From Azolla caroliniana (taxonomy: Eukaryota; Plantae; Polypodiophyta): a stretch of 64,000 bases of DNA. The notes under the pieces were generated by a model, which was not told the DNA's origin, did no database searches, and saw only the letters and a program-made list of their open reading frames with translations. The stretch spans positions 22,692,001 to 22,756,000 of the forward strand of contig JBHGNT010000001.1 of the NCBI GenBank assembly GCA_043228905.1. The letters run 5' to 3'. The position numbers and the translations under genes were made by a program. Shown one piece after another: positions 25,203 to 39,118 of this stretch; position 1 is the first letter of the stretch, and each line of letters starts with the position of its first letter.

Positions 25203-27113
25203 TCAGGCACTAGAGGGTAACTTGGCCGATCTTGTAATGCGCTTGTTGTTGGTACCAGATTTTTCTGATTTTACATTCTTCTTTATCTTAAAGCCTTTAG
25301 GTATGAGCTGACTAAGTGGCACTTCATCATAAGAGGCATCAGAGACAGGCGTGGATGCGTGGGCACCTTGTATTGGTGGCAAGCTTGAGAGAGCAACTGT
25401 GTTTTCTGCAACTGCAATGCTTGTACACAAATCCACAAAGGTGTTGTCGATAGACAAATTATCACTCATCTCCTGAATGCTTGTACTCCTAGCGATCTTT
25501 ATTACCCTATCATCATCACCGATGCCTATACACTCGTTCTTATTAGACTCCTGTATGTGGACCGTGGCAGTAGTCATGGTCAACTCCTCTTGTACGGTGG
25601 ATGTCACCTCATTCTTAAGACAACGTGTACCTGCTTGGGTGGTCGTTATTGCCTGGTCCTCTTGGGTGATGCTAGTTTGCTCGCTCTGAGTACAATCAGG
25701 CCCCCCTTCATTAGTAACGTCGTTTGCTCTACACTCCTCATGGGATTCTGTACAATCAGGCTTATCTTCAGGGAAAGCGATGTTCTTTCCACGATCCTCA
25801 TGGGCTTCACAAGACACTACTAGCACATTCTCAGTACAATCAAGCTCCTCTTCATTACTAGCAATGTTCTTTCCATGATCCTCATGGGAATCTTTAGACA
25901 GTACTAGCACATTATCAGTAGACACTACTAACACATTATTAGTACAATCAGTCTTCTCTTCAACACTTGCCACATTATTAGTACAATCAGTCTTCTCTTC
26001 AGTACTTGTCATATTCTTTCCACACTCTTCATGGGCTTCAATCTTCTCTTCAGTACTTGCCATATTCTTTCCACACTCCTCATAGGCTTCTTTAGACATA
26101 CTGTTGTTTGTACATGCCAGTTACTCTTCACATATGAATGCTTCGTTTTTCTCACAATCCTCATGTGTGGAAGATGTGCTTCCAGAGTCTGCCTCCATGC
26201 AAAGGTTAATTTGATTCTGACTCTGACCAGAATCTGACTCTGCACTTGTGCTCCATGAAGTTCCCGATTCATTTGATTGCAGTTGGGAATCAGACTGCTC
26301 TTGTAAACCTAATTAATGGGATTCCAAAGAATATTAGTATCAACTCACATACTCAAAAGTTTGCAAACAATGAACATAGGGTTTAGGGCCACATTTTTAC
26401 CTAATGTTACATCGTCATACTGTACAACCGTAGATACCCCATTGCAAGTGGTGGGCTCGGTCATCTTCTCCACAACATCTAGGTTCTCAACAGTGTTGTT
26501 ATGATCTATAATAGCAACAAAAATAGGGTTGTTATGAGCTAAATCATTGTTTTCAAAGTCTGGCTTTTGACGTGTACCTGGGAGTGTGATAAATTCGTCT
26601 TCACAATCAGGTTTTGGACTCGTATCTCCGTCACCAAATATCATTTCGTCATCAGCTAGTAACACAAGTACATGGTATTAGACAATGGATTAGGTTGACA
26701 ATGCTCCGGACAGGTGAGAACTTATATGACTCACCATTGCATTCAACTTTGCCTTTCTTGCCGTTTCCATACAACATTCTTGCAGCATTTCTCTTCTAAC
26801 TGGGCTCTATTTGTAAAGAAACTGCATTTCTCTTCTTAGTGGGCTCTATTTCTTGATGTTGACCGGAGCTTGGGGAATTTGTTTGTAGAAGCATATGTTC
26901 CACTGCTCCAATGGCCCTTCTCATACATTCATCCTCATCATAAAAATCATAGGTTATTGGTAATGATGATCCCTGAACCTTGGAATGTGCAGCAGATATT
27001 GAGGGTTTAGGCATAGGGGCTGGTTGTTCCATTACCTTCCCTGGCGTGGAGTTGCTTGACACTACAACATTCATTGCAAGAAACAAAAAAACCTTGAATG
27101 TTAGTACCATCAT
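25203..27113 (-). pseudogene. Acidic, internally repetitive ORF segments (probable 3' exons of the transposon second gene)
   Basis: ORFs 26796-27113, 26345-26665 and 25203-26099 with repeated HEECGKN/EEKTDCTNNV units and a basic C-terminus. Confidence 0.55.
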
Positions 27114-27169
27114 CTAAAATATATAATGTAGGTCACAAGAGCTACTTCCCATATTACACAATGTACCAA

Positions 27170-28200
27170 TCATGAACAATGTACTACTCACATAGTTCCT
27201 AAATTACTGAACTAGTACTAATAAGGAACACTGTACTGCTCACTTAATTCCCAATTTACAGAAGTAGTACTAATCATGCACAATATACTACTCACTTAGT
27301 TACCAAATTACACAAGGAGTACTAATCCCGAACAATGTACCACTGACTTAGTCAAATTAAAAAGTAGTACTAATCTTGAACAATGTACTACTCACTTGTT
27401 TCCTAAATTACTAAACTAGTACTAATAAGGAACAATGTACTGCTCACTTAGTTCCCAATATACACGATTAGTACTAATCATGCACAATATACACAAGTAG
27501 TACTAATCATGCACAATATACTACTCACTTAGTTACCAAATTACACAAGTACTAATCCCAAAAAATGTACCACTGACTTAGTCAAATTAATAAGTAGTAC
27601 TAATCTTGAACAATGTACTACTCACTTATTTCCTAAATCACTGAAATAGTACTAATCCCGAACAATGTACTGCTCACTTAGTTCCCAATTTACACAAGTA
27701 GTACTAATCATGCACAATATACTACTCACTTAGTTACCAAATTACACAAGGAGTACTAATCCCGAACAATGTAATGCTCACTTAGTCAAATTACACAATT
27801 AGTACTAATCTTGAACAATGTACTACTCAACAATGTACCACTGACTTAGTCAAATTACACAATTAGTACTAATCCTACAAAATGTACTGCTCACTTATTT
27901 TCTAGATTACTGATCTAGTACTAATAAGGTACAAAACTAGTACTAATAAGGAACAAAGTACTACTCAGTTCCCAAATTACAAAACTAGTATTAATCATGA
28001 GCAATGTACTAGTAACTTAGTTCACAAAGTACAGAACTAGTATTAATCATGAACCATGTAGTACTTACTAAGTACTAATCCAACAAATGTAGATTGGTAT
28101 TTTGCACACAAGTAATACTAAACGTGATATGTGTTCTACACACCTAGTTACATAACTTGTACTAATTACACCAATAGTATTAATCTTGAATAGTATTAGT
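27170..28200. repeat. Degenerate ~43 bp GTAC-rich tandem array, probably intronic
   Basis: gaacaatgtactactcacttagtt..aaattac..agtagtactaatc repeated about 20 times. Confidence 0.9.
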
Positions 28201-28603
28201 ACTAAACGTGATATGTGTTTGACACACCTCATTTCCAAATTACAATAACTGTACTATTATTTAGCAATTTACTATACACCTTGTTCCCAAATTACATTAC
28301 TAATACTAATTCCCAAGTTACACAAACAATACTAACAGTCAACAGTGTACTATAAGTATAGTGTTTACTAAACTAATACTAGGCAAGTTGCAATATAGAT
28401 TGGACGATGTTGTACCTGGTTCCCTTTTAGTACTACTAATTCTGGAAAATATCCCTTCAACTACACATACCAATTATATATTAAGAGTATTGCCAATACT
28501 AACCCACATAATTAGGGTTCCACATAATAATTGTTAGAGATTACACTAAATTTGAAGTATGAATTGTGGCATACACTAGGTCTAGTCCAAATGTTAATTG
28601 ACA

Positions 28604-29960
28604 TCATATAATACAAACAATAGAATAGTAGAGCCACATATCGTACGGGTGTACTTTTAAACCCCAAGCATAGTACCACTCAGCCGCAATTGTAGTTTTA
28701 CAGTCCATACATGTATTCTCTTTCTCAAAATGATACTTAGCACATAGCACATGATATGTGTGCAAGCATGGTGTAATCACAACATCCATAGCCTCCAGCT
28801 TGAATCCGAGGCCACAAAATATACACCTAGAAGATTGCAAACACAAGTTATAATATATTAGCTGCTCACTTATTTATACCAGAGAAGTAGAAATAAATAA
28901 CTTTTAAAGCCAATACCGTGATATAGCTATACTAGTAATGGTACTTTCTATACCACTTGGGTGCTCAATTACAGATGGACACAAAGTATCAAAACCATTT
29001 TGTTTTAAATCCTGCATCAAGCATGCAAGGTTCTCAGAATGCAACTTTAAGGCTGACAACTTATTATCTATTTCTTTAAGTATCAAGGTCTCTCATCTGT
29101 GAACCTAATTGAGTGCCCATATTGTTCAGCTCTTTCTTCAACTCCTCTTTCAACACCTCACTTTCTGAATTTTGGATTGTCGATGCAATCCATTCATATG
29201 TAGTTTTTATTGAAGAAAATTTCTTTTCTGCCTGTATCTCAGCTGATTTAACTGCTTCCAAATCAACAAGTAGTGCTTGTATTCTTGAGCTCATAGAAGC
29301 TATGCAACCGGCCATCATCTGTTCATGCTTTTCAGTCATTGTGGCCCGTACCTTTGCCTCTAAAACTTGGTGGATAGGTGTTGTAGCTGGAATATCCACA
29401 TGAGAGGTTCCACATGACTTCAAGCCAGTGTTGGTACTGGAGGACCCTTTGTAATGTTTTGACCGGTGCCAATTAAAATCTTCCCAATTTACGTCAATGC
29501 CACCTTGAACTTCACATGCAAAAGCACGTTCAAAAACAGTACCCACCTCATTGTTAGTGATTTGATTTGTATCATAAACATGTTCGTATCTCGTCTTCAA
29601 TAAATTCATGTATTCCCTCTTCAAACCACTTATGTGGAATCCTCGCCTTGTGTCGGGATGTGCTGACCCCCAGGTTTTTAACAACCACTCTCTCAGCTCT
29701 GGATAAACGTCAGGTCGTGCTCGAAGGAAATAATTCCATCCAAGAGGTGTGTCTCGACTGATGGAGTGGTACATCTTCTTTCTCTGTATTGATGAATTCA
29801 TCACCCTTTCTCTTGTGGGTGTCTTCTTGCTTTCTTTCATGGGTGTCCTTCTTCCTTCCTTCACTGGTGTCTTCACTTTCTCTTTCATCAATGTCTTCTT
29901 TATGGGTGTCCTTCTCGTCATTGTCCTAGTCAACACAATTCTCAGGGAATGAATATGCAT
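28604..29960 (-). pseudogene. Transposon-borne second gene: basic N-terminus, coiled coil, RING finger
   Basis: 294-aa ORF with a KTP-rich start and helical C-part, then CIFC-x14-CLHTYHVLC-x10-CMDC (C3H2C3 RING-H2 spacing). Confidence 0.7.
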
Positions 29961-30933
29961 GTACTAGAAGAAAACTCAAGCAATTACCATCAACACATAG
30001 AAAATCATCACATTGCATGTACAAACCATGTCAAACACACAATAACCCTAAATAGTCGGAAAAAAACTCATCCATGTCAAACACACAGACAATAAAAACA
30101 GACGGATAGGAAAGTCAAAGAAAACGAAAACATTGTAAATCATCATAGCCAACTCCATCACATCGCATGTACAAGCCATGTCAAACACACAAAAACCCAA
30201 AATAGTCGGAAAAAAACTCATCCATGTCAAACTCACACAAAATAAAACAGATGGACAGGAAACAAGAACAAAACGAAAACATAGCAACTCATCATAGCCA
30301 ACTCCATTTACGTTGCATGTACAGACATGTCTAACACACAACCACCTCGATCAAAATATTGTCATACATTTTTAAAAGAAACATAGAGAAAACAAAAACA
30401 TACCAGTTGGGCATGCAACACATAGACTATGAATAATCAAAACCTAAAAATGGCCATACACATGCAAATAAAAAACAGACAGACAGGAAACATTCAGAAA
30501 AAGAAAACATACCAATGTCGTCTTTCTTTAACTTTCTGCCACTGTCTGTCTGACAACTTCGAGACAGAAGAGAGAGAGAGTGAGAGAGAGTGAGAGAGAG
30601 AGACATACCAACTGACACGTTCGACTACCCATACCAGAGAGAGAGAGAGAGAGAGAGAGATACTGAGACTGACCAACTGTCACAATGGATACCTTCTCCA
30701 GGTGTGCTTTCGTACAACTCTACCTAGGAGACTGGGGCAACAATTAATGTATTAAATATGGCCCAGGGACATTTCGAGTGTGACGTATAATATCTTTGTG
30801 CATTCGAGTGTGACATAATGAATTTGTTTTTTGTTTTTTGAAATTTATTTACAATTTTTAATGTTTATTTTCTTCTTCGATTTAGTACTAAATTTTTGGC
30901 CAAAAGTTGGTACACCGTAGCATGCTTCGACCC

Positions 30934-31158
30934 AGAGAAAAAATTCAAGATATTTATGAGAAGCTCAATACAAGTTGGATGGAAACTATTATGCGGTATA
31001 CTAATGGTGATATACCTTTATGTGTTGTTTTATTAGATGAATTCTATGCTTATAGAACTCAACAAAAGAGTTCATTTCAAGTTCCTATGGCAAATGATCC
31101 AACTAGAATGCATGATGCAATTAAGTGGTGAGAAACATTTGGAGCAAGCACTCCAAAC
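30934..31158 (+). pseudogene. hAT transposase piece 4
   Basis: ..DEFYAYR..AIKW*ETFGASTPN. Confidence 0.85.
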
Positions 31159-31570
31159 CAGTGTTGGGCAAAGTTTATAAGCCCTCCTAGAAATTTTCCT
31201 ACTTCTTATGATCCTAACCAGAAATTTAAAAATTTGACCAGCTACTTTCCTACTAGTGATAATGTCAACCGGAAATGCTAATTTTTTTTTTTTTGCACAT
31301 ACCTACTTTTTTTTAGCACAAGATGAGATAGCAACATAGATAGAGGATATTATATGAAGCAAATTTACAAGCATAAATGGGCATTTCTCTATGAACACGC
31401 CACCATGGATCGACTCACTTAAGGATATGTAACTTTGACTATCCTTGAACTTTGGCACTATTCCTCCCCTACCCGTATGTATGATACACCATATGGGCTT
31501 TAAGACACCCTATGTACATATGGATATAGAGAGTCCACATCATTATAGTCCTAGATAATATATATCAAAG

Positions 31571-32257
31571 CATAGTACGTAAAATTCGTGTTCGTCTGCC
31601 ATATCATTCGTTTTTCTACATTGGAAAACGAACACGAATGATATTCAAATATTCGTGTGTTTTTTTTCCTTTTTTTTTCTTTTTTTTCCTTTTTTTCTGT
31701 TTTTTCCCTCTTTTTCCCCCTTTTCCCCCTTTTCCTCTACACATCAACGTAACGTTACACTCTCCTCTCCTCTCCCACCTAGCCTCAAATGATCTGCATA
31801 CCAAAGAGATTCAGGTATATTTAGAGTTAATAATAGGGTTTAAAGTTCTGTAATGAAATTTCTGAAATTTCTGAAATTTCTGTAATAAATTTATTCTATA
31901 ATTTCTGTAATTATTCTATAAAGCTTGTAATTGCTTTAATTTGTCTATAATTTCTATCATTTTGAAGTAATTCATGTAATGTCTATACACACATACTAAG
32001 CTATGTAGTAAAAAATTTATACGCACAAAAATTACAATAAATAGATTTACGAAAAAAAGCATATTGTTATTAAGAAGGTAATGCGTTTTTTTTTGTAATT
32101 TTTAAATTTTTTTTATTGTGAAAAAATATTTACCTTATAGTAAATCATTTATCCAAAAGTATGGTATTTATCATTCTTCGAAGGTGTTTATCATTCTCGA
32201 ATGATTGAATCATTCTCGAACACGAATGCACGAATGGTACGTATGGTTCATACTATG
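31571..32257. mobile_element. hAT-type MITE (long copy)
   Basis: TIR CATAGTA..TACTATG; perfect TSD TATCAAAG. Confidence 0.93.
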
Positions 32258-33207
32258 TATCAAAGTATCCACTCCACATGATATCATTTGAGTTCAATGA
32301 ACAAAGCCCTCCCCCTGTGATAATAGAAGCATTGTTCCATGAGTCTAAAACAATCACCAGTACTATTAGACCCATTTAGTGAGTTGTAACATTTTAGTCC
32401 AAACTTTGTTATTGGCTAGCACTCACAAATATACAAAAGAATGGTACTGCAAAGAAAAACAAATATACAAAGCTACACATGTGGATATTCATAGTTGGAT
32501 CAATTTAGGAAACTGCATACATATTATTTTTCATTCACTACAAAAAGACAACTATACAAGAAAATTACTCCTTATCACCCCCATGATAATAAAAAATATA
32601 GAGGCTAACCATGAGACAATCTGTTAAGAATGTCATGATCTTGCGACAATCGAAAGATACATACTTTTCCTTCTCCTTTTAATGAAGAAAGCCACCTTAC
32701 TAAAATAGAAACATGGTCAGAAATTATCTCCATGATCTGGTGTTGGTATGACACATATGCCTTATATCCTTGTAAGCACAACCTTTGTTGTCATCGACAT
32801 TCCTCTACTTTCCCAAGCTGACCCCTCAGCACGTTGTCAATGAAGAAAACATGTGTGATTGACATTGCTTCGCACATGATAATACACGTTTCCTTTCATT
32901 TACTCATCTAGGTCTCAAGCATAAACCGTTCACATATGATAATTTTCAATTAATCTTATTGTATATCATTGTTGATTTAAGGACTTTCAGATAATATATT
33001 AGATAGAAAACAAAAATTGTAGCCCAAACCTACAATATATCCATCACAACATCTTGAATGTCCCTTAGAAATCAATCCTCTTGTATGTTTACAATTTTAA
33101 ACTTGTGAGTTATAACAAGCTTGAAACTACCTAATTAATTTCACTCTCAAACCAATTTTATTTTTAAACATATCATTGGAAGCTTTCAAACAAGGGTAAG
33201 AGTTTAC

Positions 33208-33421
33208 CATAAAAGTCATGTCCTCACTATGCCACTATGTCCATCAGTCTGCGAATACAATGTCCAAAATATGTCAATCATAATCACTGATTATGTCCAA
33301 AACATGTATCAAATTCAAAACGTCATCCAATAATGTTACCGCTATCACATTCACCAACGATGTCTTTCCAACATTTTCTAACCCAATCAAGGAAAGTTCC
33401 ATTTCTTGCTTGAAGAAAAAG
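33208..33421 (-). pseudogene. ARL8: Two exons plus intron of an ARF-like GTPase ARL8
   Basis: Exon 33421-33340 [26 protein letters not shown]; GT-AG intron; exon 33248-33208 decayed TGGYSEDMIPT followed by GT. Confidence 0.85.
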
Positions 33422-33507
33422 CTACAATTATCCAATAAAAATTTCTCTCTCTCTCTTAGCAAATGCTACCATGACAATTAAAAATATATAGAAAGAGCTT
33501 TTGAGAG

Positions 33508-36500
33508 TGTAAAGAATCGGGTATGATTCTTGTGTAGCGGAATAGGTGAGAGATGTGCATTATGTATGTGTGTGTGAGAGAGAGAGAGATAGAGGAGAGA
33601 AACAATAGATAGATTTTTGTGAGACAATAGAATACTCAAGAAGATGTATATTACAAAGGAGATTAATCGACCTAATTACAAAGTAGGAGGAGAGTGCTTT
33701 ATATAGTCACTCTCTCTCTTCATTAAATACCGAAGCTCATGGGTCATGGGGATTGTGAAAACTCATTAGTTATGTGTCATAGAATATGATTCTATGACAC
33801 ATAGTTAATGTGTAGATAAGAGTGGTGACTTTTGACCTTTGAGTGCACACTCTCAAGGATGTGTTCACACACTACACCAAGCTTGATTCTCAACACGCCC
33901 CCTCAAGCTCAATTTTGGTCAGCTACTTTGGTTGATGTCCGCTTAGGCTCGTATTTGGTTCGGATGGTATCCGGTACATCTAGCTCATATCTGGTTCGGA
34001 CGGTATCTGGTTTTCGCTTGTACTCCCCCTCAAGCTTGACAAGTCAAGGACCGTCAACCCAAGGTCTGATAAGAATTGCCGAAGCTTGTCGGCTCCTAGG
34101 GCTTTGGTGAAGATGTCGGTTGTCTGAAAATTCGTAGACATATGTTGAAGGTCGACATCGCCAGCCTCAACATGCTCTCAAATGAAGTGATAGTGCACTT
34201 CAATATGCTTCGTGCGTGCGTGGAACACCGGGTTCCGAGCCAGATAAATACTGCTCATGTTGTCACAGTCAAGGAGAATCGGATCTTTGATGGGAACGCC
34301 CAGATCCTTTAAATTATATCCTCTTCAGCCATACGACTTCACATGCAGCCACCGCCATGCCCCTGTATTCGGCCTCTATGCTCGAAAGAGCGACGATTGG
34401 TTGCTTCTTGCTACTCCAGGAGATGGCTTCACTTCCAAGGGAGAAGAAAAAACCAGAGGTTGATCGTCGGTCGGCTTTGTAGCCTACCCAGTCGGCATCT
34501 GTGTACCCCTCGAGTTGAATTGGCGTGGCTGACTTATAGAGAATGCCATAGTCCATCGTTCCGCTCACGTATCGTAGCACTCTCTTAGCACAATCCAAAT
34601 GGATATCCCGTGGCGTTTGCATGAACTGGCTAAGAAGGCCGACCGGATAGCTCAGGTATGGTCGAGTGCTCGTGAGGTAGATAAGACTACCGATCAGTTG
34701 TCGATACTGAGTCAGCTCACACTCCGTGGTGCCAGAATTGGCATCTAGTTTGAGGTTTCGGTCGAGAGGTGTTGCCACAGACTTGCACTCAGTCATCCCG
34801 AACTTGTATAACAAGTTGAGAATGTAGTGCCATTGGGAGATCATAATCCCGGCTGGAGTCTGAATTACCTCGATGCCAAGGAAGTAGTGGAGCTCTTTCA
34901 TGTCCGTCATCTTGAATTTGTTGGAAAGGAGGGATTTGACCTTGTTGATGTCGATTAGATGCTCACCTCCAATGACCAGATCATCCACGTACAGGATGAT
35001 GACGATCAGACTTTCGAAATCTCTTCTTACATAGAGAGAATTGTCGGATTTTGACATTTGGAAGCCAATTCGATGAAGATATTGTGTTATCTTTGAGTGC
35101 CAAGAACATGGTGCTTGCTTAAGGCCGTAGAGAGGCTTGTTGAGTCAGCAGATGGCTTTAGGATGAATGTTGGATTCGAAGCCGGGTGGTTGTACCATGT
35201 ACACCTCCTCTTCTAATTCGCCTTGAAGAAAAGCGTTCTTGACATCCATCTGGTGGAGGTGCCACCCTTTCGCTGCTGCAAGCGCTATCACGGTTCGCAC
35301 GGTTGTCATCTTTGCCACCGGGGCAAAGGTCTTTTCATAGTCGACGCCCTGTTTTTGTGCATAGCCCTTGGCTATGAGTCGAGCTTTGTAGCGGTTGACG
35401 GAACCGTCGGCATTATACTTCACTTTGTATATCCATCTGCAACCGATTGCCTTCTTGTGCGGTGAGTGAGGGACGAGATCCCATGTCTCATTCTTGTTGA
35501 GAGCTTGCATCTCCTCGTTCATCGCTTCGACCCACCGAGGATCTTTAGCGGCTTCGGCAAAGGTCTCCGATTCTCGAACTGCTACCACCTTCATCATAAA
35601 GGCATAGTGGTATGCCATATAGTCGTTGTAGCCAAATCGGCTAACCGGATTCTTCTCTCGGGTGGAGTGACGGAGTTTCTCATTTGCCGATGTGAGTGCT
35701 TTCTCAACTCTGGGTGACCTCATAAGAGGCACATCAAAGCCATCGAACTCACTATCGAGTGAATGAGTCGATTCGTTGCCATCGAAGTAATCGTCTTCAT
35801 ATTCCGGCATTTTGGCCTTCCCTTTGTCCATCTTTGGACTTGGCCGAGATGAGCTTTGGTTTCTCGGAGGCTCTTGTGGTCCGCTCAATCTAGTTGAGAT
35901 CGAACTCTCTTCGAGTATTGACCTTAGTTGATCATCGTCTTCTATGTTGTCGAGGTCGTTCGTAGATGGTTCGGGAGAAGTCGGCTTGGGTTTGTATCAT
36001 GATGTTGATTCATCAAAGATGACATCCCGACCTACACGAGTCTTCCGAGTAGAGGGGTTGAAGCACTTGTACCCCTTTTTCTCCTATGAGTACCCCACGA
36101 GGATGCACTTCTCTAATTTTGGGTCAAGCTTCTGTTGCTTCTCATCGGGAATGTGCACATATGCAATGGAGCCGAATATCCTTACATGGGATAGATCCAG
36201 CTTCTTCCCATAGTATTTCTTGTGCGGGGTGACCTCGTGCACTCCGGATGTTGTGCACCGGTTCATGAGGTAGACGGCGGTATTTACAGCTTTTGTCCAA
36301 TGTGACTTGGGCATATGCTTTTCATTTAGCATGGCCCTTGCTACTTCGAGGATGTGTCGATTCTTGCGTTCGGCTACACCGTTCTATTGTGGTGTGTGTC
36401 GGCAAGTGAATTCTCGCCGAATTCCTTCTTGTCGAAGGTATGTCCTGAACACATCATAGAAGTATTCCTTTCCTCCGTCTAACCGAAGACATCGTACATG

Positions 36501-38785
36501 ATGCCCAGTTGTCTTTTCGACTTCGCTTTTGAATTTTTGGAAGTGTGTAAAGACTTCGCTCTTCATCCTCATGGGAAAGATCCATGTGTATCTAGAGAAG
36601 TCATCGATGAAGGTAACATAGTACCGACATCCTCCGAACGTAGCCGTCTATGCCGGTCCCCACACATCTGAGTGGACTTCGTCCAATAGGCCTTTGCTCA
36701 CGTCCCTCTCCTTCGGGAATGGGTGTCGATGTTGCTTGCCGAATTGGCATGCTTCACATACTCCTTCAATCTCTTTCTCTTTGAAGTTCGGGAGCCGAAT
36801 GACAACTCCTTTCGATTGCATCGCCCTGAGTTAGTTGAGATTGATATGGCCGATTCTTTTATGGCATAGCTCTATGTCGGTGTTGTATTTGAGGCCCTTT
36901 GCAAACATGGCCGATTTTATCTCATTCGCTTCGAGGATAAACATTCGACCTTCCCTTTGACCACGAGCAATTAGTCGGCCCTCCTTCTCAATGAAGCAAC
37001 CTCCTTGGTTGAATCGAACTTGCATCCCTTGCTCCAGAATTTGGCCGACAAAGACCAAATTCTTCGTTATGGTGGGTACATGTAAGACATTTTTTATGCA
37101 AGTTTGTTCACCTTCTTTCTTGAATGGGACATTGCCTACATGCCAAATCGGATGAGTGGTGTCATCTCCGGTCTCGACATAACCGGGTCGATCCGGCTCT
37201 CGAAGGTCTTTGAACCATTCTTGATGGGACGTCATATGGTTCGAAGCACCGGAGTCGACGAACCATATATCTTCCGGATTGGAGGCATTAGTCGAAGTAG
37301 AGGCCGATATAGGATTTTCTCTATGTCTCATTTCAAACATTCCGCCATGATCTTCATAGTCGGAGTTAGTGGCGTAATTGGTGAGTTGTCGGCTTGTGGA
37401 AGCCGACTCACACTTCTTCTTTTGGCACTCTTCTTCATGGTGGTCGATTTTTCCGCAATAACCGCATTCAATCGAGTTTTGTCGACTTGAACTGGAATGG
37501 AAGCTCCCCCTTCTTCGGAAGGTTCCTCGATAGCTTCCGTCTTGTTGCCGAATTTGGGAGTTGTTGTCGTAAGTCGGACCTCGTCCGCCGCCTCGTCCTT
37601 GGCCGAATGGGCCTCTTGCTCGACCGCGTCCTCTTCCTCCATTCGAATGCGTGTAGAGCATGTGGCCTTCCGAGGTGTTGCTCCTTGTTCGAACATGATT
37701 CTCTTCGACCAATAACATAGATTGAAGATCAAAGAAAGAGGGAGGATTCTCCCTTGCTAGGATAGCGGTTCTCATCGAGCCGAACCGTGCTGCAAGGCCG
37801 TTGAGGCATATTTGCACCCTCTCATCATCATCCACATTGACGCTTATTGAGCCGAGCGAGTCACAAAGCTTGTGATAGACATGTCCCGTTGTTGGATGTT
37901 GTTCAACTCTTGGCGGAGTTAAAGCTTCCTCACGGTCGTGTTGGCGGCGAAAATCTTTCGTAGATTTTTCCACGCTTCCTTTGGCGTCTCGGCTTCTCGA
38001 ATGTAACCGAGCATGTGGTCGTGAACACATGTCGCCAAGCAATATATTAGTCAACTCGTCACTTGCTCCCATGTTGAGTAATTGGCGTCTTTCGGGTCGG
38101 GTCGGTTTTCTTGTGTTCCCTTGATGTAGCCCCAATAGCCTTGGCCGACAAGGTATTGGTGCATCTTGTACTCCCAAGATGCGAAGTTGTTTCGGTCCAA
38201 CTTCTCGCTAGGGAGAGCACTCCCCATTTGAGTATTCATGGTGTTTGGTGTAGATTTCTTCCTTCTTCTTCTCTCTTAAAATGCGAGCTATGTAGTCGCA
38301 CTATGATAGTGATGAGCCGGTTCTTCTTGAACGTCGGCATAGAGCTCAACACATGCGGATGGGCTAGATGGAGATACCAAACCGCTCTGATACCATGTAA
38401 AGAATCGGGTATGATTTTTGTGTAGCAGAATAGGTGAGAGATGTGTGTTATGTGTGTGTTTGAGAGAGAGAGAGATAGAGGAGAGAAACAATAGATAGAT
38501 TTTTGTGAGACAATAGAATACTCAAGAAGATGTATATTACAAAGGAGATTAATCGACCTAATTACAAAGTAGGAGGAGAGTGCTATATATAGTCACTCCC
38601 TCTCTTCATTAACTACCGAAGCTCATGGGTCATGGGGAATGTGAAAACTCATTAGTTATGTGTCATAGAATATGATTCTATGACAATACTTAATGTGTAG
38701 ATAAGAGTGGTGACTTTTGACCTTTGAGTGCACACTCTCAAGGGTGTGTTCACACAATAGACTAGGTTGAGCTTGATTCTCAATA
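33508..38785 (-). mobile_element. Ty1/copia LTR retrotransposon related to copia-1, full length, degenerate
   Basis: LTRs 38396-38785 and 33508-33895; TSD GAGAG; iMet PBS 38384-38395; PPT; gag-PR-INT-RT-RH fragments. Confidence 0.96.
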
Positions 38786-39074
38786 GAGAGCAAAATGAAA
38801 ATTGAGTCTATACCAAAGGCTCATGAAGGGAATTACACCAAGAACATAAAAACACGTAAGAAAAAGCCATATCCTAAAGCTCAACAACCTCGGAAGAACT
38901 ATGGATGCTAATTACCATTTTATGCACTCAGAGCTCAAACCTGTCCTAACTTTTTGTCCAAAACCCAACTTTCCTGGCTTCACAGCTGGTGGCATAGTCA
39001 TAGCCACTCTGTATAATCGATCCCCTAAGCCAGACAATGAGAAGGTTGCTTGCTGAGTGTAGGAAAGAGATGCT

Positions 39075-39116
<42 letters not shown>

Positions 39117-39118
<2 letters not shown>

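Larger units (their letters stand above)
14355..30933 (+). mobile_element. Large TIR DNA transposon, Sola2-like, with cargo
   Basis: TIR gggtcgaagcacgctacgatgtac / gtacaccgtagcatgcttcgaccc; 4-bp TSD AGAG (14351-14354, 30934-30937); hAT frame resumes across it. Boundaries are firm; the superfamily call is from motif recall. Confidence 0.85.
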
